This document shows, piece by piece, positions 48,715 to 62,946 of a stretch of 64,000 nucleotides of DNA. The notes below the pieces were generated by a model, which was not told where the DNA came from, did not search any database, and saw nothing but the letters and a program-made list of their open reading frames with translations. Numbering within the stretch: the first letter of the stretch is position 1; each line of letters starts with the position of its first letter. A program made the translations under genes and the position numbers. Origin of the DNA: Halocafeteria seosinensis (Eukaryota); contig LVLI01000263.1 in NCBI GenBank assembly GCA_001687465.1, positions 62,001 through 126,000 of the forward strand, in the 5' to 3' direction.

Positions 48715-51129
48715 ATGGTCGTCTCTGTGGACAGATTCCTCGCCTTTTCCGACGCATACTTTGCCATCATCGGTAAGCAGCTTGCGTTTTCATTGGTGCA
48801 GAACCTGTGTGCTTCTCGTAGAGAGAGAGAGAGAGAGGTCAGAGTCCCAACGTTGTGTGAATTTCACAAGCGTGGTTGATTACTTACAGCTACTCTCATG
48901 GCGAACCATCTCGTGCAACTCGATGAAAAGACAGTGGACAAAATCAGATCCTCGGGGACCAGCTTTACTTTAGGAGACGCAATTGAAAACAATTTGGCTG
49001 GTGTCGGTATATTCTTTGTCACATTTTTGCTGATCGCCAAAGTCTTTGATGAGCACGCCACAGAGATGACAAACATCCCACGAATTCGTCCTGCGACAGT
49101 GACGGCACATATTATTGGCTTTTATCCTAGCGTTGGATTTCTGCCTGCGACAACGGCGTTCATATCTCTCTACTTTAGGGACAGCATTTACTCTTCAGTT
49201 CTGTTCTTTGTGAACCTGTTGGTGCTGGATATGGCTCGCGCATGGGTGCACCAGTCTCTAGTGAATCACAGCGACTGTGGAATCTTGGTACTATCAAAAG
49301 GAAAGATGGTTGTGGGACACCCTTCGTTGAAAGATTTCTTTGACGTAGGAAGTATACCGTTGCTAGGCTCCGTAGCGTCCAAGTACATCTGGCTTACTAC
49401 TGCTGTTGAAGCAACATCCCTGACTATTTGCATCGTGCTTGCAGTGCTTACAGGGGTGAAGCAACCCGGACAGTACTGGACAATACCGATTTATATTGTC
49501 TTGATACTCTTCGATGGTAATATTGCCGACTATCTCTGTTATCGCTGGATTCCACAGATAAACCAAGCGGCGAATCTGTTGTCCACTGGAATTGTACCAG
49601 CGCTCAACACAGAGGATGATAACAGGAATCGAATATCAGAAGCAGACATTGAAGATTATGAAAACTATTCGGATAACTTGCAATATACTCGTCAAGACGC
49701 TATCCCAGGTGAATATTACGTACAGTCGGCTGTAAGTACTTCGTTCGTCCGTGTCCCATGGCAGAATAACGAGGAAGCCTTGTTTCGTTAGCTGCAGGCA
49801 AGCAGTTTTGGTACGTCGCACTCACTAACCTTATTCAGCTTGTAGTCTTCACCGGAAAACACGCTATATTCAGGCCTTGATCGGCTGGTAGCGTTTGCGG
49901 ACGGTGTGTTCGGTGTGGTAGCAACACTGTAAGTGCACTTGAGTATATGATAGAGAGTTGTCACTTTACTTAAACTGTCGCTTGGTCGTCACAGCATCAT
50001 CCTCCAGATTAAACCTGAAACTGGAGCTCACGGGCAACCTGTTGAGTCGTTCAATACGTATTTACACCGACACTTTCGGGAGCTTATTAGTGCATTTGCC
50101 GTTCTCATGCTGGCAGCGTCTTTGTGGAATATGCATGCTACCCTTGTTCGAACAATGAGAATGTAAGTGTATTCCAGCTGGTTGTACTGGATCTCTCTCT
50201 GTCTCTCTCTCTCTTTCTCTGCATTACTTGTCGTCGAAACTCAGGTCGAATGATAACGTTGCTCGCCCATGCTACCGAGTGAATATGTACGTGCTATGGT
50301 TTCCTCCTGTCGGCAACGTGGGTCGAAGAATTCTTCATACATCGTTTATTGAAACAGGCTTATCCTGTCTGTGAGTGGGATTCTTCCTTTCTCGTTCTCT
50401 CTAGTGATCGATTTTCCTAGCGACTATCTTTCTGCGTAAGTCACTCCCGTTCTCCTCTGGCAGAGTTTACTACACTAACCCAGTCGGTCATTCAGGTTGA
50501 TTATTGGTATAGTTCTGCTTGTAGTCTCCCTAGGCTTTCTAATGTTCTTGATCCACGTGACGTACAAGTTCCGGAAGCACCAAATGAAGTCAAATGCTGT
50601 TGAAGCGGAGTTGTTGGACAAACCCCTCCGACAGTCAGCTTCGGAGAATGAACAACAGGAACGGGAAGCTATCTGCTTTAAGCGCCGAAGCAATCAAGTG
50701 AAAATAAAGCTATCGTTATTGATCCTCGGAGCCATTATCCTCATATGTTTAGGCTTAGCGGGTGGTGAGGGAGATGGGAAAATCCACGAGTGGGTGACTA
50801 CGAGTGTCCTCATCATCTTGGTACTAGGACTGGCTACAGAGCTACGTAAGTTGCTTATTGACAATCATAGCTTATCCCATTTACTCTGAGATGCCCTGGA
50901 ACTTGCAGTTGCCGAGAGCATCCTACAATGCTCTAGAAAGGTATTTGGGGAAGAAGATGAAGATATTGATCTCTCTTTGACTGGACGTACGTGAGTACAC
51001 GGTCTCGCACCGGTTGCAGTAGTTGAAGGCTTAACAGTAAATGCCGAGGTGAGAACGGAAGATGGAAGTATTGATCCGTCTCGTTCTGAGGCTCGCATCC
51101 CCAACCTCCCGAGGATGTGTTCCAACTAG
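48715..51129 (+). CDS. TMEM175-family lysosomal K+/H+ channel, two-repeat type, paralog A (about 8-9 exons; 3' end either 50994 or 51129)
   Basis: Repeat I DRFLAFSDAYFAII|ATLM; repeat II DRLVAFADGVFGVVATL|IILQIKP; W..H motif in SLWNMH; many TM segments. Confidence 0.8.
48820..48837 (+). repeat. (AG)9 microsatellite in TMEM175-A intron 1
   Basis: agagagagagagagagag seen directly. Confidence 0.9.
50192..50220 (+). repeat. Imperfect (TC)n microsatellite in a later TMEM175-A intron
   Basis: tctctctctgtctctctctctctttctct seen directly. Confidence 0.9.
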
Positions 51130-51813
51130 GTTTCGACAACCAAAGTAGGTGCGATGAAACAAAGGGACACCGATAAACATTGTCGAAACCCAGTCTGATT
51201 CATTAAGCTGCCGTGAAATCCCAGCAGTTGGGCATGTTTCGACAACAGTCGATCGCTGGCAGTACTAGTTTGTATATCGAATCATTTGTGCTCGTTGGAT
51301 TGTAAGGATGCTCGTACTTGACTCGATCGTTTCCTTTAGTGGGTTGATTGGGTAAGCAGTTTCGGGACAGACGTATTTTCCGGCCTCTGGAGAATTGGAC
51401 CTGATTCGCCGTAAATCCCCACTTTCTGCAATTATAGGACTATTGCAATTCCCTTTTGCAGTAGATTACAAATAGGCAGTCCTTTAAGCGAGGCTTCAAA
51501 GTGGGGCCATGCGCAATTCATTGATAGGGGCCACAAATAGTCCACGAACCAACGAACACCATTCATGCATCCGCGTTCAGAACTTCAACCCCTATGAACT
51601 CTGTGTACCAGACTGTACCACCAGTATAACTGTGTGAGAGACTGCCGCCAGGTTGAAGTACGAGGTACGCTCCTCATTAGAATACTCCAACATAGAGTGC
51701 AATACCCATGGGCCATAGTATTGGCTACCATGTCAAGATGCCTCGATCTGCGAGTCAGTGCGTACGCGCAGTCGCGGCTCAAAAGGGTTGATTGGCCTTG
51801 GCATCCACTAAAG

Positions 51814-53502
51814 ATGACGGTCTCTGTGGAGCGATTTCTGGCATTCACCGATGCCTACTTGGCCATTATCGGTACGCATTTAGTACACTCTGTCAAATGT
51901 TTGGTTATCCTTATCATGTGAGTGATGCATGCAACAACTGCAGCTACGTTGATGGTTACGGCCTTGGTCCACCTGAAAGACAAGTCTATAGAGACAATAC
52001 AAAACGCTGAGAATGTGGAGCATAAACTGAGGGAGGAGCTGTCACACAGATACCTGGGAGTGGTGGTCTATTTCATCACGTTCCATGTCATTGCGCGGCA
52101 CTTTCTCATGCACGCAAAGGCGATGACGAGTATCCCCCGAGTCAAATTGGGTACCATCGCAGCGCATATTTTCGGATACTTCCCGGCAATTGCGTTTCTC
52201 CCTTCAACAACATCATTTTTGGCTACTTACTTTGACAGAAATGCTTACATCGGATTTGCCTTTTTTGGGAATTTGATTCTACTCTCTGTGGCCTCGGGAA
52301 TTGTTGATTACACCCTCATTAAAGATAGTGACTGCCGACTACTTGTTTTCTCGAGGAGCATCATGCATGTTGGACATCCGGATGTCCTGGAGAAGGTAGA
52401 TCAAAAAGGATATGCAATGAGATATTCTACTTCTGTATGGTATACTGTATACAGGATATGTGGAGACACAATTTCACTTTCCATTTCGATGGCTATTACA
52501 GTAGCCGTGGGGGTCGGCAGCTCACCGGGAGAGTGGTATTTGTATCCTATTTATGCTGTCTTGGCGCTGCTCCACAAATTTGTAGATCGTGTGGTCATCT
52601 CCAAATGCTTTCCACCTATAGCGCAAGTAGGAGCGACTGTACAGAGTCGTTCGCTACTAGGCGAGGCTCAAAGGGAACGGACTAGGAAACACAAGGCTTC
52701 GCTCTTCGACAAGTCTCGTCTGGAGGCATTCGCTGATGGTGTGTTTGGTATAGTGTCTACACTCATTGTATTGGAAATAAAACCCAATAGTGTCAGTGGT
52801 GAAGATTCGGAAGCACTAGGAGCATACCTCCACGAACATCGCGGAGAAATCATTTCGGCAGTTGTTGCACTGCTGCTGACGGCCTCGTTGTGGAATATTC
52901 ACGCGACAATGGTGTCCCTCTTGGAGAAGAGTGGGGATGACGTTACTCATTGGACGTTTCGTGTTAACGGTGTCGTTTTTTCTTGGGTTGGTCTTATCCC
53001 GTTTTCTATATCGCTTGTGACAGACTTCCCCAAACTGGCGTTACCTCCGCTAATTCTGGGGATAGTGTTCCTGTTCATTACTATGGCGTTCACTGTTTTC
53101 CTGATCCTGGTTACGCGAAAATTTACGAAGAGCAAGCAAGCCGAAAGAGACAGCCTCGTCAATAACGTAGATAGCTCAAGTGCACACCACGATGACGATA
53201 CAAGTGATCCTGATGTACTGCACTTCAGAAACATCGCAAATCAGGCCAAAGTAAAATTGGTGCTCTTCGGTCTGGAAGCATTTGCGCTAATTACATTAGG
53301 ACTAGTGCGTCTGCACAATGGACCAGCGCATCATGACTTCGTCATTACGTCCATAATGTTGGGTCTATTATTTTGCCTCAGTCTGGAAATGTTCTTGGAG
53401 ACGAGGCCGTACTTTAAGGAGTACGTAGACGACGATCTAGATCATCTCCGCGGTTCACAAGCGGAACAAGAGTTAAAAGAATATGGATCATTTGACTCGT
53501 AG
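51814..53502 (+). CDS. TMEM175-family channel, two-repeat type, paralog B (2 exons)
   Basis: Repeat I ERFLAFTDAYLAII|ATLM; repeat II SRLEAFADGVFGIVSTLIVLEIKP; SLWNIH. Single intron 51872-51943. Confidence 0.88.
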
Positions 53503-53761
53503 TTGTTATCACTATCAACTTACAACTACCCCACGACTCTCGACCATAATCTAGGGTTCCGATCTTCAACCATCCACAAAGGACTTAAGTGGTGTGTTCC
53601 CTACCTAAATCTGTAATTAATATAGTATTTGTTGCATACACGTGTTGTCGCATAACATTTTGTCTGTATGCAATTGTCGAGTCTGTGAGTATGCCGCTGC
53701 GTTGTCAGGACATTTAATTAGGGGTATATATTCACGAGTTCGAGAGTGATGCACTAACGGT

Positions 53762-55210
53762 ATGGAATTACAAGGTGATTGGAGTTATGAAGAGCTATCA
53801 GACACAACAAAAATGGCTGCTAGACAAACTCCAGTACTACATAAATCTGGTAAAAAGTACACAGCTATCGCTGATGGCGATGGACGAAGCTCTGAAGCGG
53901 TTAATCCTCAGGATGGAAGCGTTGGCCCCACAACGTGTTGTTGCGGCTTATGCATTGTGAAGCGATATCAGGCATTTAGCAGCCCCCTGCTTTTGTTTAT
54001 TATTGGATCTATGGCTCTCTCACCGTTAGCAATGTAAGCATGATGTTAAATGATATGGGATGTATATACGCAGTCGTAACAATGCCACGACCATACTGCA
54101 GCACACCACATTTGTCGGAAAACGAGTGGAAGTCTACCACAGCGTTGCATTCGATACTTGGAATCGCTTGTTTGGCCCTGCTCGTCTGCACCACCTTCAT
54201 TGAACCAGGTATGCAGCTTGCACGAAGGGACGGTGTTTTCCGATGTTTGACTGACCACCAGTGCGAGCCTTTGCAGGCGTATTACCGAGAAACACGTTCG
54301 ACGAACCGATCATTCCCAAGACGAAGGAGTATAGTGACCTCCTACCATTTCGAACGATAGCGAGAGCTGATGCTGAAGTGGAAGTTCCTCCTGTTCTTGG
54401 AAGTGATACTCCCTCCTTAATCTCTCCATCCACTACACGTATCTGGACGATGCACCAAAATGAAGCCTATCGTAACTGGCACCAGAATTACAGGTACTGG
54501 GCCATAAGGAGAAACAAATACTCACAATTTGAAGCGGTTTACAATATGCAACAACGATTAATTAGTCATGAAGCTTGCAGCACCGGTGGAAGCACAACCT
54601 CTGAGATGATCCACTTGGAAGATATTTTTCCGCTACGAATCTGCTCGGTTTGTAATCTAATCATATATCCTCAAGTGGTTCATATGCAGTCGAAACTTGG
54701 TCACTGCGTTAATGGCTTTGACCACTACTGTCGCTGGGCAGGCAGTGTCATCGGTCATCGCAATTACGCTGCATATGCCAGTTTCCTCTTTTCGTTATGG
54801 CTATTCACCGGAAGCGGTGTAGTGTTTTCCGGCCTCGTTCTGGATTGTCTTGTGAAAGGAAGTGATTCCAGAAACGATTTAAAGGTAGCATTCGGCATGC
54901 GCCAGCAGTACCACTTGATTGCGCTGGGAATTTGCGGCCTGCTCCACTTAGTTATATTCTCTTATGTTTGTAAGTGGAGTTGCCTAGCATTGAAGTTGGC
55001 CAACCGGACCTTTCCACTTTCCGCTGCAGCATTCGTGGGCACCGTCCACCTTTACCTGCAAGCAAAAAAGTTGACTCAATCACAGCACATGTCGTTAGAC
55101 CAGTTTCGCAAAAAGTGAGCGCTGGATACACGAGCGTGAGTATTTCAGCTGGAATTCAATTCGTTTGTATGTTAACAGGTTTTCGCAAGCGCGCTTTGCA
55201 TTTAGGATAG
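53762..55210 (+). CDS. DHHC-family protein S-acyltransferase (DHYC variant), multi-exon; 3' end approximate
   Basis: CSVCNL......HCVNGFDHYCRWAGSVIGHRNY..Y..FL flanked by TM helices. Confidence 0.82.
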
Positions 55211-55419
55211 GACACTCATTTATTCAAGGCTATAACGAAGGAGACTACCTTTATTGTTCTCAAATACCTAGTATAGTACTAGAGAGGACTACGTCTGCAC
55301 AGTACTTGCAAGATCAACTAAACGACGCATGCTGAAGACGCAGTGCAGTGTAGGCTATCTCGCAATGAATGGCATGCACAGTAACGCGAATAGCGAATAT
55401 ATCAATTCTAATACACTTT

Positions 55420-56430
55420 TTATCGGTTGTTCTCTTCGTCCCCTCCGCTCTGCCTTTCGGATTCTTCTGCGTTTCGTTTCTCTTCTTCGCCTTCAAATGT
55501 TGGCAACGATTCTGTCTGGAGCTGGTATCTAGAGGCAGATTCAGCACTATCCTGGTAACCGGACATTGCCGCTTCCGTGACTGATTCTAATTGTAGAGGC
55601 TCTCCCGGTTTCCGATAAGCCCAAGACTTAGCTTCTTCAGGGATAGGTGACCGGCTTTGACGGCGCACTTCAGCCCGTTTCTTCCAAGAGTACCAGTTTC
55701 TAATTTTCTTATTTGTTGTCGCTTTTTCGGCCCTTGTCGGTGAGATAGCGTATGGGTGGTCTATCGGTACAAGTAGCGGGCGACCAAACTTCTTAATGAG
55801 TGTCATCTCCTTCCGGTACTGAGGTTTCTGTTTAGGGTAAGCTTCCCCGCGAGCTTGACGTATCTGTTCAAAGGCGCGCTGTCTCTCTCCCAAGACAACC
55901 TTAATTCGCGCCATTGTCTTCTGTACCTTCTTGAGCCTATGTCCATCCGGTTGGGCGATATTGCCTTGTGAATAAAAGAGTCGCTCTGAGAGTAGCATAT
56001 TTTTCTCTTTCAGACATACAAACCATAGCTTGTGCAAATCCTCAAAACTCTTTAATCGCAGTTCAGACGCTTTCCACGCCCTTCCTGTCAACACACCAAA
56101 ATGTCAAACAAATTTATGCCTAACTCTCATGTCCTTACATCCACTAAAATGTCACTACAGTGGTTGCTCCGTACCTGACTTGACGGCATCTTTGGCGTAC
56201 TGGTCCGGCCCAAAGAATTCGGCTAGTCCCATTCTAGCCGGCGTAGAACTTGTAAAATAGCGTATAGAATCGGCCTTTCCATCTCCGAATGTGTTTATGC
56301 GGTTCTGAGCTCTCCATAGCCGTGTGTATGCTGTGCCAGCCGGTGTCCAGCTTTTAACACTGTCTATAAGAGATTCACTCCTCCGAAGCAGCCCTAGGTT
56401 GCGGCTCGACACCGTCGTTAGAGGCCCCAT
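55420..56430 (-). CDS. MRPL47: Mitochondrial ribosomal protein uL29m (MRPL47), 2 exons
   Basis: GLAEFF...|GRAWKASELRLKSFEDLHKLWFVCLKEKNML...RLKKVQKTMARIKVVLGER; presequence-like N-terminus. The start is approximate. Confidence 0.9.
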
Positions 56431-56714
56431 TATTCTCACCGGATTTCCCCCTCCAAAGCCTCTAAAATGGACTTGTATGCAAGCGACAAACCTAGGAGAC
56501 TCCATACTCCTAATTCCAGCCCCAACCACGGCAGGGCAGGCCCGAAGTTCCCGAACCTTACCCCGCCACGGTCTCGTTTTCATCCCAGAGCGGCTTCTCA
56601 TAGGTCCATTTAGGGTTGTTCCAAGGAGATTATACATAGAGGAAACTCAGAGTACAAGAGTGTATTGTCTGTGCTCATCGTGGTTTTAGGGGAAACACAA
56701 ACCGAGTAATAACA

Positions 56715-57350
<636 letters not shown>

Positions 57351-57854
57351 TTTCTTTGTATTACCAATGAGTATATGGCCTATGGGACAACCCCTTTTTT
57401 TGCACAACCCTTTGATATAACAATGCACAAAAATTTCTGTTGGTTGTGCTTGATTGCACGTGGAGAGTAATGTGTCTTCTTGGTATACTGGCAGAGTGCT
57501 CTGCCGACCCGGGCAGATAATGTGGTCGTCCAGACACGAGTATGTAAGGCTAGGTTTGCTTGCTCTCACCCATTTCCTTCCAAATCACCACTTTGCGTTT
57601 TCTACATTGTAATTTCGAGGGGGGAACTACGCTCTTTGTACTATTTCGCTTACCATCGACATCTTGAGTCACTGCTCGTCCAGCGAGATGTGAAGCTGAA
57701 AACAGCATTTGCTGAACACTCCACGGAGTCCACGAGTAGATGCGTATTGGCTCCATATATTGTTGTACGATCTCATAGAATTTTGTTTCATTCTGTCTCT
57801 GTGGTGCGTGGACCTTGCGAGTGGACGTGCAGCCGGCCGCAATTCTTGAACAAT

Positions 57855-60463
57855 ATGATGCGACGAGCTGCTGCAGCGACAATATGTCGCTCCCAACTCC
57901 CCTACAGAGGTTTTGGAACATCATCTGCCATCTCTTTGTGCCGCCAGAAGTTTATGAGTGCCCCTATATCTAGGCGGTCCTTCTCTAAGGAAAATCGCAA
58001 TGCATTGATGGATACCTTCCGGTCTCCAATCACTCCAATTAATCTCAACACTGAAGGAGCCTCCAATTCCTACTCCTGTGATGTGGTGGTCATTGGGGGA
58101 GGACATGCGGGCTGCGAAGCAGCTGCCGCTGCAGCTAGAACGGGTGCATCTACTATTCTCCTCACGCAGAAAGTCTACACAGTCGGAGAGATGAGCTGCA
58201 ACGTAAGTACACCATGACGGGTTATGGTGTAGTAAACTCTGGCAGGATGTGGACTTCCTTTGTCGGGATATTGCAGCCGTCATTTGGTGGAGTAGGCAAA
58301 GGGACGCTGGTGCGCGAAATAGATGCACTGGATGGTCTTATGGGAACCGTTGCTGATGACGCCGCTGTGCAGTTTAAAGTCTTGAATCGCTCCAAGGGAG
58401 CAGCCGTGCAAGGACCACGAGTACAGGCTGATCGCGACCAATATAAGATGAGGATGCAAGAGATGATAGCTGCTCAACCAAATCTACGGGTAGTAGAAGC
58501 TAGTGCGGAAGATCTCGACTTAGATGGTACGGCTCATTGAAACAACAAGAAGTGGTGACTAATTCTCCTTTATGTGTGTCGTGTTGTCTTCCAGAAGCCC
58601 CCAATGGTGTCCCCAAGGTCAGAGGCATCACCACCGGAGATGGAGGATACATCAGGGCACAAAAGGCAGTTCTTACAACTGGGACGTTCCTCAGAGGGGT
58701 AATACACATCGGTGACAGATGCTACGCAGCCGGGCGGCATGTCAGAGACAGGTAAGTGTCGCCGCTACCAACGATTATTCTACAGCCTTGATTGAGTATG
58801 CTCCCTATGCAGCGATGAAGTTGAAGCTCCCACTGTGGGCTTGGCCGGTACTTTAATGCGCTTAAATTTTCCCCTTTCAAGGCTCACAACTGGTACCCCT
58901 CCGAGGCTTGATGGTCGAACCATTGACTATACTAATCTGGAACCACAACAAAGTGACCCTATTTCGGTGCCACTGTCGTTCCTCAACTTTGGGAAGTCTA
59001 TGCGCAACGAAGGAAACTTAATCCGTTGCCATTTGACATTTACGAATCAAAAGACACACGACGTAGTTTCCCAGAACTTTCACCGTTTGCCTCAGTTCGT
59101 CGCTAACGAGGGTAAGGGGCAAGGGCCAAGGTAAGTTGTTTCTGCAAATTTGTTTTTTGGGCCGTGTCAATATTCTGATTTTGCCCTTCACAGAAACTGC
59201 CCGGCCTTGGAAAGGAAAGTATTACGATTTCCGGATAGAACCAGTCATCAGGTATGGCTTGAACCGGAGGGGTTGAATACGGATGTTGTTTATCCAAATG
59301 GTAAGTGCAACTTGCTTGTTACGCATCGCACAACGTACCTTATCTGTTGGAGGTTGAGATTGTCACCAGGAATTACCACTGCTCTCCCGGAAGAGATACA
59401 AGAAGACATGGTTAGAACTATACCTGGCCTTGAAGAGGCAAAAATCGTACGTTTTTGGAAACGACTATGTATTGTTTGGCAGATGCGACGTACAAACTTC
59501 CTACTACAGACACGACCGGCCTACTCTGTCGAATATGATTTTGTGGATCCTCGAACCTTGTACTCGTCCCTCGAATCGCGGCCTATTAGTGGCCTCTTTT
59601 TAGCTGGTCAGATCAACGGCACTACTGGTTACGAAGAAGCCGGTGCTCAAGGAATCATTGCCGGAGCTAATGCCGGTTTTATTGCTACTGGAAGGTCCCC
59701 GATGATCATGGACCGTACTAACTCCTTCATCGGCGTACTTATTGATGACCTCACTACTCTGGGAACAACAGAACCATATCGGATGTACACATCTCGCTCT
59801 GAGTATAGACTGAGCGTCCGTGCTGAAAACGCTGATCTACGTCTGACCGAACTTGGTCGTGAAAGAGGGATTGTTGGGTCAACCCGGTACGAGAATTTCC
59901 TGGAAAGGAAGTCAATGATCGAAGCTGGTCTGAAGCAGTTGGACTATTTCCGCTTAACTTCTCACGACTGGAAAAACAGAGGATTCAATTGCAGCCAAGA
60001 TGGACAGTGGAGAAGCGCCGCCGATATTCTATCTTTCCCCGGAGTAGATATGAGCATGTTGAAAGATTCTATTGGGCTGCCACAAGATCTGGAGGGTCGT
60101 TGGCAGAATAGTGTTGAGGAGCACATTCAGGTCCGTATATATGTGTCTGTTATGTTTCTCTGAAGTACTGATGCAACATTTTCCCTTGTCCTGCAGATTG
60201 AGTGCAAGTATAGAAACTACTTAGAGAGACAGCGCAGAGAAATCGAAGAGTTTAAGAACTCCGATGCCTTAGAACTCCCTCCTAATGTAGACTTCAATTC
60301 GCTTTCCCAGATTAGCAAAGTAGAAGCTGAACGACTGTCGGATGCGCAACCGAGGACGCTTCACGCCGCCTCGAGACTACCTGGCATCCGACCGAGCACA
60401 CTTATGGTGCTGCATAAACTGGCCAAGCGTGAACACTCCCAACAATCCAAGGCTTCTAACTAA
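57855..60463 (+). CDS. MTO1: Mitochondrial tRNA U34 modification enzyme MTO1/GidA (MnmG), multi-exon
   Basis: [89 protein letters not shown]. Confidence 0.96.
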
Positions 60464-61403
60464 ATATGACAAAATAAGAATGCAACCCGGAAATAACTGT
60501 AGTTGTGATCTGTTTAAGGGCTAAAGTCCGGTTATATCATACAAAACATACTTGTAGACACAGAGGAGACGCTCTATAAGACTACCCCGGTAGACTCCGT
60601 GAGAAGATAGGCAGTGAGTGCCTGTGAGTCGATAATGTCAACAGTGACCCCTGTTGTCTAAAATCACGTGAATGTACTCAAGCTTCGTCGTATTACCCTA
60701 CTGTGTTTGTATACGGACGTAAAGTTTACTAGCGAGGGGGTAGTAGAAGATGTGGTTGTAGCGTAATGGGAAAGATATCCTCACGGTGAAATCACCCATA
60801 CGATCAGTGTAGTGTATCAAGCAGTGCGATGACGCATTGCGTTCTGTTCCGGAATCGGGCCGCGATAATCGGGATCATCTGAAGTATGCTGCGGGGACGG
60901 CCAGCGATTAACAGGGAATTCCACTCAAAGCGAAGGATATTCAGATATGGCGCAAGATAGGCTTGATATTGGAGACTATCTACGCATGGATAAAATGCCA
61001 CTGAAGGGAGAGAGAGGGAGGTGCTCGTAGACCAACGAAGGGAAAGAGAAATGAAGCCAGTTATGGCTAACCCCCTCTTCTTGTTATCCACGTAGGTTAT
61101 CCTCCCCATGCATACAACAACAAACAAGGATGCCTGCAGAGCAACACACTTCGCTAGACCGTCTTATATGACAAGTTGTGCCATATGTTGCATCATGATT
61201 CATAACAGCTGCTAGACTACTGGTACAACACCTGTCTTTTGTGGTGTCTTCACAGTCGTTCAACTTTTAACAGAGCTTCACATCATTTGTCTCGTTGATA
61301 CAAAGGAGCTCTACTACGTTCTCCTCCCGGTTTGTACGTGCGACTTAGATCAGAAGGGCCACTTTTGTCTGTGATAGTAAGGAGACAAATAATAAAAGTC
61401 GCC

Positions 61404-62946
61404 ATGGCTGAAGATAGCGCCACAGGCGGCGCTTCATCGTCGCACTCCACCCAGGGGTCTCGAAGGAAGCAAGGGTATGCAGAGCAGCATTCACAAGGAA
61501 ACGTGGAAGGAACTTCGGACGATGCAGCTGTCAGTAAACTGTACGTGCGCTGTTGGTTGTTTCATAATATTGCTGGGAGGAATTCAACGGGTTGATGTGC
61601 AGCTCTGCTGTCAAACTCGGTTATATAGATGACCCATTTTTGCACTATTTTGTCAAAAAGCACAAAAGAAGATCTCCCCTAATCAACCGAGGTATGTTCC
61701 CACCGGCATGGACTTCGTACTCAGAATATCTGATATAGTGCCTGAATCGTGACCCCACAGGATACTTCGCTCGGATGATAGCTCTGGAAACGATTGCTAC
61801 AGATTTCGTGAATCTCAATCGAAGAGGATGTCAGATCGTCTCTTTGGGTGCAGGACAAGATACTCTCTTCTTTCGCTTAGCGGTACGTTATCCTGGACGA
61901 TTTACTGCGCAGTTCTCTGATTGAATTCGACCGTGGTTGGAAACAGAAAGAAAATCTATGCCCAACGAAGTTCTTCGAGATCGACCTTCCAAGTGTTACT
62001 CATTTGAAGACTCAAGTACTAGAGGGAAATACGTCTCTTCGTCAAATGATTCTGAGTGATGACCCTTACCAAACGTATGATGAAGTTTTCAGGAAGAGTG
62101 AGGTACCAAACGAAGCTGCAGGGGACTTCCGACCCCGTGGATCCCGGTATGCGCTGATAACAGCTGACTTAGCCGATTTAGAGGATTTGAAATCGAAACT
62201 ATGTGAAGAGGCAATTGATTTCAGGTAGAGTAAACTTACATATGTGCTCATGCGTTGTAGAGTATCGACTTCACGATGTCCTATTCATACAGTTTACCTA
62301 CCCTCTTCATTTCGGAATGCGTACTAGTGTACATGGATCCTCGCCAGAGCACGCAATTGATAAATTGGGCTGGGAATGCATTTCCCAGCGGAGCTTTTGT
62401 TACGTATGAACAGATACATCCAGATGATGCTTTCGGGCATGTAAGTGCACACATAAGCTTCTTTGCGATGCACTCCCTTAATGCGTTTTGATATATTGTG
62501 TGCATCCATCCGCAGATAATGCAGCAAAACCTGTCCTCAAGGGGTGCGTCCCTGAAAGGGCTTCACGCGTATCCAACCCTGACAGCTCAAGCAGCAAGGT
62601 ATACGGATAACGGTTGGTCGTACGCAAGCGTCGCCGATATGAACGACATTTACTACAAGTATATCCCGCAGTAAGTCCACATTTGAGAGGACTGAGATCA
62701 TACCGCTCGGCACTGCGATTTGTGCGCAGAGAAAAACTGAAGGACGCCGAACAACTGGAAATTTTCGATGAATTTGAAGAGTGGCACTTGATGATGGGAC
62801 ACTACTGTATAGCTGTTGCGATCAATGACCAAAGCAACAGGCTTGGGGAGCCAGATGAGCATGGCGAGGTCCGGATACCCCCGGAATCGCTCTTACGATT
62901 ACTGTGGTCAAAGCATATATATTACCCGGATGATACAGCCAAGTAA
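61404..62946 (+). CDS. LCMT1: Leucine carboxyl methyltransferase 1 (PP2A methylase, PPM1), multi-exon
   Basis: TSDDAAVSK|SAVKLGY.DDPF, RRSPLINRG|YFAR, QIVSLGAGQDT.FFRL, FFEIDLP, PTLFISECVLVYM, YEQI.PDDAFG, LEIFDEFEEW..MMGHYC. Confidence 0.93.

Noticed and set aside
60464..61403. Minus-strand ORF 60804-61127 or a micro-exon gene
   Set aside because: Candidate splice sites give only a very short peptide and one donor has a poor consensus; unsupported without RNA data.
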